Below, one piece after another: positions 1 through 31,510 of a stretch of 51,047 nt of DNA. The DNA comes from Salpingoeca rosetta (taxonomy: Eukaryota; Protista; Choanoflagellata), in assembly GCA_033442325.1 (NCBI GenBank), contig JAWQFM010000005.1:955690-1006736 (forward strand). The letters are read 5' to 3'. The notes under the pieces were generated by a model. The model saw nothing but the letters and a program-made list of their open reading frames with translations. It did no database searches and had not been told where the DNA came from. The position numbers and the translations under genes were made by a program. Positions within the stretch are counted from its first letter, which is position 1, and the number at the start of each line of letters is the position of its first letter.

Positions 1-84
1 CTCCTCCTCCTCCTCCTCCTCCTCCTCCTCCTCCTCCTCCTCCTCCTCCTCCTCCTCCTCCTCCTCCTCCTCCTCCTCCTCCTC
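1..84. repeat. (CCT)n trinucleotide microsatellite
   Basis: Perfect CCT run from the window start. Confidence 0.95.
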
Positions 85-295
85 TTCCTTTGCGACGCAA
101 CCGATGTACACACTCTACATGATCAGTAAGCAAGCAAGCAAGCCCTTGATCCAAGTCGTGAGGAGACTCGCGTTCCTTCATGTCACTCACAATCCTTCTG
201 GGTGGCGGTCCTTCCCAAGCACAAGCGGCGGATTGCGTCACTGCTCGACACAGCGACGACCACTCCAAAGAAAGCAGAGCAGAGCAACAGCAAGC

Positions 296-3140
<2,845 letters not shown>

Positions 3141-3342
3141 ACAGCGTGTGCAGTCTGTTATCAACAGGAATGGCCCATCAGAGTATCAGTGTGGTGCAGC
3201 GTTACCAACATGTCATGTCCATGCACGCGAGTCCAATAAACGCCATCTTAGACAGCAACTAGGACGAACACGCACGCATGTAATGATCATGGTGGCAGTG
3301 GTGTTATGGTTTGTGAACGCACCTGTGTGTGCGTGTGTGTCA

Positions 3343-11492
<8,150 letters not shown>

Positions 11493-11630
11493 GCTGGCGT
11501 TGGCGTGTGCGTTGTTGCGTTTGTGCGTGTGGTTGGTGTATGTGTATTTGAAGGTGGTTGTTGTGATTTGTGGTAGCAAGAAGTGATGACGAGGATGACA
11601 ACTGCACAAAAGCAACGGAGTGCTGCGAGG

Positions 11631-13094
11631 ATGAGCAGCGGAACCTTTTTCGTGTTGCTGGTGGTGGTGTCAGTGGGCGCACTTCTCCACGGTGCTGTGG
11701 GCGCTGCGGATGATGCCGAAGCTCGCCAACTTGTTGATGAGTTCCAGGTGTGTGGCTGTGTGTCTGTGTGTGTCTGCGTGTGTCTGTGTCTGTGTCTGTG
11801 TGTTTGTGTGTCTGTGTGTGTCTGTGTATGTGTGTGTCTGTGTGTGTCTGTGTATGTGTGTGTCTGTGTGTGTCTGTGTGTGTGTGTGTGTGTAATTGTG
11901 TCTGTGCGGAGATCTCTTTGTTCTTGCTCTGCGTGTCTTTCCCTCTGCGTCCATCTCTGTGTCCATCTCTGCGTCCATCTCTGCGCATCTTGCTTCCACT
12001 GTTCCCCTTCCCTTGACTACATCTCTACTCCCTTGTTGAGCGCGACATCAGCCCGCTCACACCTCCATGGCACCCCAATTCTCCTTCTCCCGCCCCCCTC
12101 ACACACACACACACGCACGCACGCAAACAACAACACCATCCGTCGCAACTACAGAACATTGAGCCATTGACAGCCGCCCTGCGATCTGTGGAAGTGGGAG
12201 CCCTCACTATGCCCGGCTTCAAGCACAACAAGAGAATGGTCCCGCACGTGGCATCCTTATGCGGCTTCAACAGCAAGGTGTGTGTGTGTGTGTGTGTGTA
12301 TGTGTGTCTGTCTGTCTGTGTGTGTGTGTGTGCCTGAGTGTCTGTGTGTGTGTGTGTGTGTATGTGTGCGTCTGTGTCTGTGTCTGTGTCTGTGTGTCTG
12401 TGTGTGTCTGTGTGGGGGGGGGGGGCTTCATTGAGTGCTGTGTTTGTGCTTGAAGAGCAGTTACTCACACTCTTGCTTGTGGGTGCTCGTCGCTGCCGTC
12501 GCAGGAGATTGGACGGCTTCGTGAGGTGACGGCCATTTACGCTGCTGCTGTGAAGGATCTCGATGCTGGGTGAGTGGCAAATGCCAAACACGCGTGTGTC
12601 TGTGCATCCATGTGTCTGTGCGCATGTTGCTGTTGTCTGTGCGTCTGTGTTGCAGTCGTCTGTGCGTCTGTGCGTCTGTGTGTCTGTGCGTCTGTGTGTC
12701 TGTGTTTATGTCGTCTGTGCGTCTGTGCCTGTGCAATCGTGCACGCGCCTGAACTTGTCCATCTTGCTGGTCTGTGCGCATCCCCACACCTTTTCCCCTT
12801 GGGACTGCAAGGAATGCAGCCAGTGAACCAAAGGCTAGGGCGGCATTCGATGGGATCATGGTGCGCGCCTCTATGTGATATGACCTCTTTATGACACGAC
12901 CTTGTCGCTGTCAGCAGCCGAAGCTCCTCACCCTTGTCTTTTAGTACCTTGCTTATCTTCTTGACTCACTTGCTGCTGACTGCACGCTATTGTTGCAATT
13001 AATAAGGCCATCTTGAACGCGGGGCCTGCGAGTGTGGAATCAAAGCAATATGCCTCCAACGCCCTCAACTACCTTCTCCTTCTCGCACACAAGG

Positions 13095-13154
<60 letters not shown>

Positions 13155-13815
13155 CTGTGTGTGCGTCTGTGTGTGAGTGTGTGTTTGTCCGTCCGTGCCT
13201 GTGTCTATGTGTGTTTGTTTGTCCGCCCGTCTGTGTCTGTGCGTGTGTGTGTGTTTGTTTGTCCGTCCGTCTGTGTCTGTGTGTTTCATTCGTTTGTGCA
13301 TGCACAGGCATCTTTGTCTGCATAAGCCACGCCCTCACCATGCATTGCGGCGTTCCAACCTGTTGCACAGCATGGGTACACTGGGCAGCGCCTGCAACAG
13401 CTGCACCGTGAACTGAACCGCTATGACGATGTCATTGTCAACTTCTACAGAAATGCACATGTCAAGGACATCACCCTCGGGTGCGTGCGTGATCACGTTA
13501 TGTTGTTGTACGCACATGACACATGTGCTCTGTTCTTGTGTCTTGCCGTTTGCTCCCTTGTCCCTTGTCATTTCCTCTCCCTCGTGCTCGCCTCGTTCTG
13601 TGTCCCCTCCCTCCCTCCCTCCCTCCCTCGCCCAACACTGCCTTGCTTCTCACATCCATACACATTTATGCACCACACTCTCACGAACGGGCAGGACTGC
13701 AACCGAGGCCGAGGTGAACGCGCACCAAGCAGCAAAGCTCAAGCACGTTGGCGGCATTCTCAAACGCATCCAAGCCCTTCAATCTCGGATCGTTGGCTCC
13801 AATGACGAACTCTGA
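11631..13815 (+). CDS. ER-luminal helical protein (signal peptide, C-terminal NDEL), RAP/LRPAP1-like, ~223 aa
   Basis: Exons 11631-11747, 12155-12277, 12505-12569, 12812-12860, 13007-13093, 13371-13480, 13695-13815 splice in frame (672 nt). Signal peptide [24 protein letters not shown]; ends ...[37 protein letters not shown] resembles RAP three-helix domains. Gene structure is solid; the family call is by eye. Confidence 0.65.
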
Positions 13816-14388
13816 CACTGTCACACTCCACACACTCCAACACACACAGACACACCCCGACACAACACACACACTCCAACACACACACACACACACACAC
13901 ATACACACACACCACAACACAGCACACCAACACACACAACACCTTGTTTTGCTGACTGTGCGTTTTCTGTGGGTGGAATTTTTGTGGGTAATTTCGATAA
14001 AATGCCACAACCTGGTTGCACGGTTTCCACAACTCGTGCCTTTTTCCTTCGTCTCCTGAGAGCTCGCCAGCCGCACGTGAGTGAAGGAGATGGTAGTGGC
14101 AGACGGCCGGTGATAAGGGAGTTGGAGACAAGCGACCAACCATCAGCACCACCAAACACACTGGCTTCGATGCATGGGGGGGGGGGGGGATGATCATGTG
14201 AACGCACGCACACACACGCACACGCCCAACACAGTAGTCATTTGTACGCCCTGCATGCACCACCACCACCACCAATGGCACTCACCTTCCACACTGCACA
14301 CATCGCAACAACAACACACCACAACTCGCCACAACAACACACCAGCAGCCGTTGCACGACCGACAACAACCCCCAGCTACACGTCAAG

Positions 14389-15599
14389 ATGGACTCTGCT
14401 GAACAGATTGTTCTCCGCGGCACCCTTGAGGGCCACGCCGGTTGGGTTACCCAGATCGCCACCTCCAGCGAGGCTCCCAACATCATCCTCTCCGCTTCCC
14501 GCGGTATGTTGCAGCTTTGAATCCAAATGCCCGCTTGTCGACAGGGTCAACAACAACGCACACACACACACACGCACACGCACACACGCACGCATGCATG
14601 CGGTCGTAATCGGCTCTTTTCGCACCAGTTTCAACTGACAACACACTGTTCATTGTTCCGCACACACATCCACTCGCTCTCGCACACCAACGCTCACACA
14701 AATCCTCTCTCTGATGCATGCACACTCGCTCTCGCACACCCCTCCCCGTGCCCCTGTCTCAAACAACCCTCGCAGACAAGACTGTTCTTGTGTGGCAGCT
14801 TGAGGATGGCGAGGAGTGCGGCTTTGCCCTGCGCGCCCTCCGCGGCCACTCCCACACCGTGTCCGACGTCGTCATCTCCTCCGATGGCCAGTTTGCCCTG
14901 TCTGGCTCCTGGGATCACACCATGCGCCTGTGGGAGATTGCCACCGGCAAGTGCAAGCGCCGCTTCATTGGCCACGAGAAGGACGTCCTCTCCGTCGCCT
15001 TCTCCCCAGACAACCGCCAGGTCGTCTCCGCCTCCCGCGACAAGACCATCCGCCTGTGGAACGTCCTCGCCGAGTGCAAGTACGTCATCCGCGAGAACAA
15101 CCACTCCGAGTGGATCTCCTGCGTGCGCTTCTCCCCCGACACCAGCAACCCCATCATCGTCTCCTGCGGTTGGGACAACAAGGTCAAGGTGTGGAACCTC
15201 ACCGACTGCCGCCTCAAGTGCAACAACATCGGCCACACCGGCTACCTCAACACCGTCACCGTCTCCCCCGATGGCTCCCTCTGCGCCTCCGGTGGCAAGG
15301 ACGGCCAGGCCATGCTCTGGGACCTCACCGACAGCCGCCACCTCTCCACCCTCGACGCCAAGGACATGATCAACGCCCTCGTCTTCAGCCCCAACCGCTA
15401 CTGGCTCTGCGCCGCCGCCGGCCCCGCCGTCAAGATCTGGGACCTCGAGACCAAGGAGCTTGTGCACGAGCTCGTCGACGAGTCTGAGGAGTCCGCCAAG
15501 GCACCCACCTGCCTGTCCCTCGCCTGGTCCCCCGATGGCCAGACCCTGTTTGCTGGCTACAGCGACAACAACATCCGCGTCTGGCACGTGCGTGCTTAA
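14389..15599 (+). CDS. RACK1: RACK1 (GNB2L1), 7-bladed WD40 ribosome-associated scaffold
   Basis: Exons 14389-14503 and 14776-15599. [17 protein letters not shown]...[67 protein letters not shown]. Strong C-ending codon bias typical of highly expressed genes. Confidence 0.97.
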
Positions 15600-16713
15600 G
15601 GCGACAGCAGCATCAACACAAAACCAGCAGCCTTCCTTCCGCAGCTTCTTCAGCTTTGTGTCATCACGTGTCCCTTTTCTCTCATTGGGGGGAGTAGGCG
15701 TGGTGGTGTTTTGTTGTGCGTGGTTGGTTTGGTTGGGTGCTGGTGATGGCGGTGTGAGTGTTTTTGCGCAGCAGTTCACTTCAGCATCATCCTCGCATCT
15801 CTAGCTCCAATGCATTCCTCCCCTTGTCCACTGACTGCTGTTCCGTTTTGTGCGTGTGTGCACGTCGTGTGGTTGCTGTCATGATTGTGTTTTCTTCCCT
15901 TTCGTGACGTGGCCCATCTGAGTACACACGCACACACTATCGCATCTTCGTTTTGGTAGCATCCGTGCCTTTGGCTTCCCATTTGTTTCGTCTCCTCGCG
16001 ACTGCCCGCGCACACAGGAACGTTTGTGTTCTCTGTGTGGTTTTTACCGTGGGAGGAAGGCCCCACAACTGTGAGGAGAAGTGCCCACCCACCCCTTTCT
16101 TTTTCCACTCCTTCCCAATCATGATTTGAAAAAAACTTTCTCTCCTTTGGGTGCTGGCCTGAACGTGGGTTTGCTTCATTGGCATTGGTGTGCTGCCTTG
16201 CGATGTGCGGTATGTGCTGGTGCATGTGTGTTTTGTGGTCGTGCGTTTGCTTGGTGGTTCTGACGCGGCTTGCTGTGATGGTGGTGGTTGTGCATCTGTT
16301 GTGTTGTGTGGCACTCTCTCCACATGCCCGATCAATACACATTCTCATGAACAACGGTGTTGCAGTGTGAGGATGTGCGTGGTTGACTCTCTGAGGCGTT
16401 TGTGTCAAATCATGTCGCACACATCACCGGACGTGACATGTATCATGAACAACGTTGGTGTAGCGTGGGGAAAGCAAGACCGAACCTGGGACATGGTTGA
16501 ATGTGTGATGTGTGTGAACGACAAGAAAGAAGCAGGACAACAGGTAATGTAACATAACAAACAACCATAATGTAACGCACAACAAAGCACCGCGTCCGAG
16601 AAACGCCGGAATAATAAGCAAGAGCAACGCCGTGAAGAGGCACGTCACACCAATGCAGCCAACGCACGGCGCAAACAAAACAAAACACATGCACATGCAT
16701 GCGGCGACTTGTG

Positions 16714-20174
<3,461 letters not shown>

Positions 20175-20289
20175 AGTCAGCACTGCTGGCGTTGTCGTGG
20201 TTGTTGTTGTTTCCGCACACACAAACCACAACCAACAACAAAACTGACAAGGCAAGCAAGCAAAAGCAAGCAAGCAAGCAAGCAAGACG

Positions 20290-20754
20290 ATGGAGAGCGA
20301 GCAGGAGGCGAGGGTGGCACAGGCGTTTGCCCGGATCGCAGCGGCGTTTGGCCTGCCACCTGCTGTGAAGGATGGAGACTTCGATGCGCTGGTCAGTGCA
20401 CTGGAGCAGCGTGTGAACACACAACTTGGCGAGGAGGACCCGCCATCGAACAGCAAAGGCACCACCGCCGCCACAGCAACCACAGAGGCAGCAACAGCAA
20501 CACGGGAACAAGCAGAGACGCAGCAGGTGCAGCGTGTTCATGCCAGCTCAGCACAGGCAAAGGCAACGAGTGAACCCGCAGTGGAACCGGCAGCACCAGC
20601 AACCGTCAAGAGCGAGGACATTCAAGTGGATGTGACGCCCACACAAGCTGCATCGCAGCCATCATCACAGCACCACCAGCAGCAGAAGGAGCCACAAGCA
20701 CCAGCAGCGCCTGCGGTTGCCAAGACCAACAAGTGCTGCTGCACCTTGCTATGA
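20290..20754 (+). CDS. Small intronless protein (154 aa) ending in CCCTLL (CAAX, predicted geranylgeranylated and palmitoylated); unknown function
   Basis: Clean ORF with a helical N-terminus, an A/T/Q/P-rich disordered middle and a KTNKCCCTLL* terminus; head-to-head with EamA. Confidence 0.75.
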   Translation: MESEQEARVAQAFARIAAAFGLPPAVKDGDFDALVSALEQRVNTQLGEEDPPSNSKGTTAATATTEAATATREQAETQQVQRVHASSAQAKATSEPAVEPAAPATVKSEDIQVDVTPTQAASQPSSQHHQQQKEPQAPAAPAVAKTNKCCCTLL

Positions 20755-21317
20755 TTGCTACTGCACCTTGCTTTGATTGCTCAACTTCACATCGCCAACA
20801 ACACCGTCGCTGGCACCATCAGCGCCAAAACTTTCCTTCAACTTTGATCTCGACTCTGTAGCCCCTCTCTGCTTTGTCTTAGACGCCGTGATGTCTCTTG
20901 TTCTTCTGTTGTTACACACTGAACACGGTTGAGCTGTTGCTGTCTTTCACACCTCCATTTGAAGGCGTGTGCCAATCAATGTCTTCTCTGCAACGCGCCC
21001 ACGCCCTTCCTTCGCCATTGACTTGGTATTGGCTACGATCACTCCAGTTGGCACCGCAAGTGCACCATCATTGTAACGTATCACGCATAACCGGCAACAG
21101 CGATCAGTAACGGCAAGGGAGTTGGGGTGTTGCCATTTCGCGTCATTATCATGTGTGGTGTATCTGTGTGTCTGTCTGTCTGTCTGTATCTGTCTGTCTC
21201 TGTCTGCCTCTGTGTCTGTCGTGGGAGGGCGAGTTTATTGGTGCTTCTTATGTGGATGGTAGCACGCAGTCATGCCTCTGTGCATGTGTGTGTCTGCCTC
21301 TGTGTCTGTGTCTGTGT

Positions 21318-24783
<3,466 letters not shown>

Positions 24784-24953
24784 CTTGGTTGTTTGTTTGC
24801 TGAAAATTGATGTATGATATTCATTAATCTTCCCAACTCGCACCGCGCCGTCCTTCCACAACAGCAACGTGCGCTGATCCTCGCGCCTTGCCTGCAGCTT
24901 CGTTGCTTGGTTGCTTGCTTGACACGTGTCTTGACACGTGTGTGGTGGTCAAG

Positions 24954-27747
<2,794 letters not shown>

Positions 27748-27773
27748 ACGTGCGTCGGTACCAGACGACAGAA

Positions 27774-27808
<35 letters not shown>

Positions 27809-27957
27809 TGTGTGTGTGTGTGTGTCTGTGTGTGTGTATGTGTGTGTCTGTGTGTGTGAATGAGAGAGGGATTGTGCTTGTCCATGAGGAGGCTGTTCAG
27901 ACGTGTAGCTTCCAAGTGCAACAGTCAGAGAGGACCAAGAGTAGATGTCCAGCTAGG

Positions 27958-28057
27958 NNNNNNNNNNNNNNNNNNNNNNNNNNNNNNNNNNNNNNNNNNN
28001 NNNNNNNNNNNNNNNNNNNNNNNNNNNNNNNNNNNNNNNNNNNNNNNNNNNNNNNNN
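27958..28057. other. Assembly gap (100 N)
   Basis: N run. Confidence 1.
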
Positions 28058-28667
28058 CGCCTCTGCAATTGTGTCCTCCCGCCCCTAGACGCAATTCGCG
28101 TCTCGGAGAGGGGTACTGTGCTTATCTAGGCTAGTGATATAGGTACTCTTACGTGGTATGACTTGCTCTATATGCCTTTCGTGCTTTATACTTGACTGTC
28201 GCCCTGGCGCAGTCGCAACGCCTGATGTACGGGCTAGATTAATCGTAAGATGAGGTTCACTACCTGTTCCATCGTGCATTTTTTACATCTGCGTGCCATC
28301 CTCGTGGTCCCTTTCCAGGCATTGTTCCCCGATACTCCCCCCCCTGTCTATCTGTCGTCCACTCTTTTGTTGATGCATTCGCTGTCTACTCTTGCGGCGT
28401 TCGTATCTTCATTAGTTTATATAGACAGACCATCATCATTCCTTATCTATCTACGAAGGCATGTATGCTTCTTCCGAACTATCATTGATCTTCTGTTGCT
28501 TAATGCTGTGGCGCTTGATGATTTGAGAACTGGCGTGCATTAAAATTTCAAGCTGTATCTGAGCCATTCTCAACGACATGTATCCACCATCTCACACTAA
28601 GTGCAATAGCGACAGCAGCAACGGCAACGGCGATAACAGCAGCAGCCGCAGGGTAAACAACAAGCAT

Positions 28668-28734
<67 letters not shown>

Positions 28735-29334
28735 GCAACACAAACACTGCACATGAATGTGCACGCGATAGAAAAGCGGTTGACGTTTTGGAAAGGTCAG
28801 GGAGAGAAGTGGAGCACGCCGTTATTCATCATCACACACAAGCACAAGTCGTGGTGATGTGCGCGCATATCGAAAGGAAAAACGAAGCAAGGTTTACCAA
28901 GGGCAAATCCTCACTTCCAAGCACGAGAAGCAAGTAGCAAGGGAAAAGATGCGTGGTGACTCGGGTCATGCACGCATGGCAGCGTATCCAGCTACTTGCT
29001 TGCAAGCAAGTGGAAAATGGATGAGGGAATTGGTAGGTATTCAGGTATTCGTGGTGGTGTGATGGGGCATGACGCGACGAGGAGAGGAGAAAAGGGGAGA
29101 AAAGGGACTCGGAAAAAGCATAGGCGTGCCAACGCGCAAGCGAGCAAGCACCGCCACACAACAAACCACGCACAAAAAAACTAAAACGGGGATGATGACA
29201 AAGACAGACTGACAGAGAGCAACCCGCGACGACGTTGCGTGTCTGCATCGTCGCCACCACCCCCAAGCACACCCTGCTTGCTCGGTTGTGTTTCTCCTTT
29301 CTTTCGTTCTTGTCCGTCCACGTCCCACCTGCGT

Positions 29335-30609
29335 TTAGTGCAGCATGCGACTCAGCGCGTGCAGCGCGTATGTGGCATCGTAGATGGCGCGCTTGAGCTG
29401 GACGTTGCAGCGCTGGGTCTCGTACATTTCCTCGGCGGCGGCCTCGCGCTTCTTGGCCTGGGAACGCTGGTTCTGCAGCTTCCGTCGCTCCTCAACGTAG
29501 AGGTCGGCCAGCACCTTGCCGTCGTGCGGGCGCCTCAGCTTCTGCAGCTCCGTCTTGATGACCTTGAAGGCGCGCTTGCCTGCGTCCAGCGCACCGAGGC
29601 GGAAGTAGAAATCGCACTTGGGGCCAGACCGCGTTGACTTGCGTCGCGCGCTGGGGGCCTTGCGCTTGGGGTTGGCAGCGACCATGTTCAGTACCTCCTT
29701 TGGCGTGCACCCATGGTTCTCTTCCTTGAACACCTTGGTCACGTGCTTCTTCAGCTCCCGCTCACTCTTTGTCAACACGCTGCCAGATTTTGTGTGCTGT
29801 GGGCGGGGCGGCAGCTTGGGCGGCTTGGGCGGCAGAGGCGGCAAGTCTCCCGGCATGCCTTTACAGATGGCAGGGGTCTGTGGCTCTGTCATCCCAGTGA
29901 CACGGTCAATGTGTGTTGATGACGTTGGTGTCAACGACCCCGTGCTTGCTGTGGTGCTTGCTGTGGTGCTTGCACCGCTGGCGTCTCCCAGCGCCTCTTG
30001 CGCCTCCTGCTCGTCTTGTGCCTGTTGATCCTCTTGCGCCTCTTGCTCGTCTTGATCCTCTTGCGCCTCTTGCTCCTGGTCTTGTTGGCTGCTGCCCTCG
30101 CTGTCGTCGTCTTCCAGTTGGTCTGCGGGAAAGTCACAAAACTCGTTGTACTCGTGCACGGGCACGCCCAGGTCCTGGCCTGACCTCGGCGTGCCATATG
30201 CGCCATCGTGGCAGTGGGTCGGTGAGCCCGAGGGCTCCGAGACGTAGCCGTCGCTGAGGTGACCGTCGTCGGCAGCAATACCAAAGGCAGCCCCGCCTCC
30301 GAAGTCGCTCTCACCAAAATGGAACTTCTCGTGCTGGTGGTAGTGGCTCTGGTCATGGCCACTTGTCGCCCGGACGTCCTCCATCATGTCGAGATGCGCA
30401 CTGCCGTCCTGACTCCCGCCCATGAGCCACGTTGAGAATGGGGCTGTCTGCATACAGGCCCCGTCAAAGCTGGGCGTACGTTGCACAAAAAACGCCTCGT
30501 TGCCCATGATGGTCGGCGATGGCAACGGCGACGGCGATGGCGACAGCGAGGGCACGTGATCGTCCACCAGATCCATTGAGGAGTGCGACGGAAGCTCAAT
30601 ACAATCCAT
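29335..30609 (-). CDS. Intronless bZIP transcription factor (~424 aa) with acidic/Pro-rich activation-type N-terminus
   Basis: Likely start MDCIELPSH (30609). Basic region ERRKLQNQRSQAKKRE fits N-x7-R. The zipper is in canonical register (a: M,N,I,L,L; d: T,L,A,L). Acidic QEQEAQED repeats lie upstream. Confidence 0.75.
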   Translation of the reverse strand: MDCIELPSHSSMDLVDDHVPSLSPSPSPLPSPTIMGNEAFFVQRTPSFDGACMQTAPFSTWLMGGSQDGSAHLDMMEDVRATSGHDQSHYHQHEKFHFGESDFGGGAAFGIAADDGHLSDGYVSEPSGSPTHCHDGAYGTPRSGQDLGVPVHEYNEFCDFPADQLEDDDSEGSSQQDQEQEAQEDQDEQEAQEDQQAQDEQEAQEALGDASGASTTASTTASTGSLTPTSSTHIDRVTGMTEPQTPAICKGMPGDLPPLPPKPPKLPPRPQHTKSGSVLTKSERELKKHVTKVFKEENHGCTPKEVLNMVAANPKRKAPSARRKSTRSGPKCDFYFRLGALDAGKRAFKVIKTELQKLRRPHDGKVLADLYVEERRKLQNQRSQAKKREAAAEEMYETQRCNVQLKRAIYDATYALHALSRMLH

Positions 30610-31510
30610 TGGTGCTGCGGGTGGTGGTGGTGGTGTTTGAGGCAGTGGTGTTGGCGGTGGTTGTACGAACGACTGCGATGCGATGCGGACAGCTGTGTTG
30701 AGCGTTACCAGTCTGCATGCAAGTGAACTGCTGGTGTTGTGTGTCCTGATGTGAGTAGCTGGTGCGAGCGTACTTGCTTCCTTCCTCTCCAGAGCTCTGG
30801 CTCGCGTTTTGTCCTGGTGCCTCTGTTGGCTTGTTTGTGTTGTTGTTGTTGTGTTGTGTTGTGTGTGCGGCAAGTGGGAAAATGGCTGAGGCACTTGGAG
30901 TGGTTGGGCTTCTGCTTTGTTTTGTTTTGCCTTTGTGTCTTTGTGCTTTGCTTGTTGTTGGATGTGTTCGCTGTCTCCACACCTTGTTTCTCCGCACTTC
31001 TTCCTGCCTTGCTTGTGAGTCACGCATTGCGAATGTCCTTCTCGCGCCCAGTCAGTGAGTGAGTCAGTGAGGGGTTGGTGGGTGTGGGAGTTTCGCCCAC
31101 TTGCACTCCGACATCTGACTGTGCGTGTGATGATGGCGCTAAAGATAGACAAGGGCTGCACAAAAATCCTGAGAAGCCCACAAACTTCTTTGCAGGTGGG
31201 TCGATGTTGCCGTGTGCGCAGAAAATTGGCAACGACCAAAGGATGGTCGTGTGCGTGAGCAAGGCACGACACAACGGCGTTGTTGCTCACGACGCGTTTC
31301 GATCTTGTAGCATTGAACTGACTCAGCGCTTTTCCTGGTGTGTCAAAACCAAAACGTGTGTGTCTGCGTGCGTGTGTCTGTGTGTCTGTGTCTGTTTGGT
31401 GTGTGTCTGTGTGGTCTCTGTGTGTGCGTTTGTTCTTTGGTGTGTGGCCATTTCCCCTCATTCCAAATTCACCTCCCTGCCTCCGTCTCTCGATGCAGCA
31501 AGCTGACACG

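Noticed and set aside
14592-14721. Possible C/D snoRNA in the RACK1 intron (terminal GCATGCA/TGCATGC stem and CTGA box D)
   Set aside because: RACK1 introns host snoRNAs in other lineages, but here there is no RTGATGA box C and no convincing rRNA guide, and GCATGC palindromes are common at CA/TG junctions.
14694-15779. 361-aa antisense ORF over RACK1 (similarly 31796-33169 and 45959-46999)
   Set aside because: Shadow ORFs caused by GC-rich codon bias of the real gene on the opposite strand.
28058-28545. AT-richer, compositionally odd segment after the gap, as possible foreign DNA or transposon
   Set aside because: No recognisable ORF or terminal repeats; its position at a contig edge fits low-quality read-end sequence.
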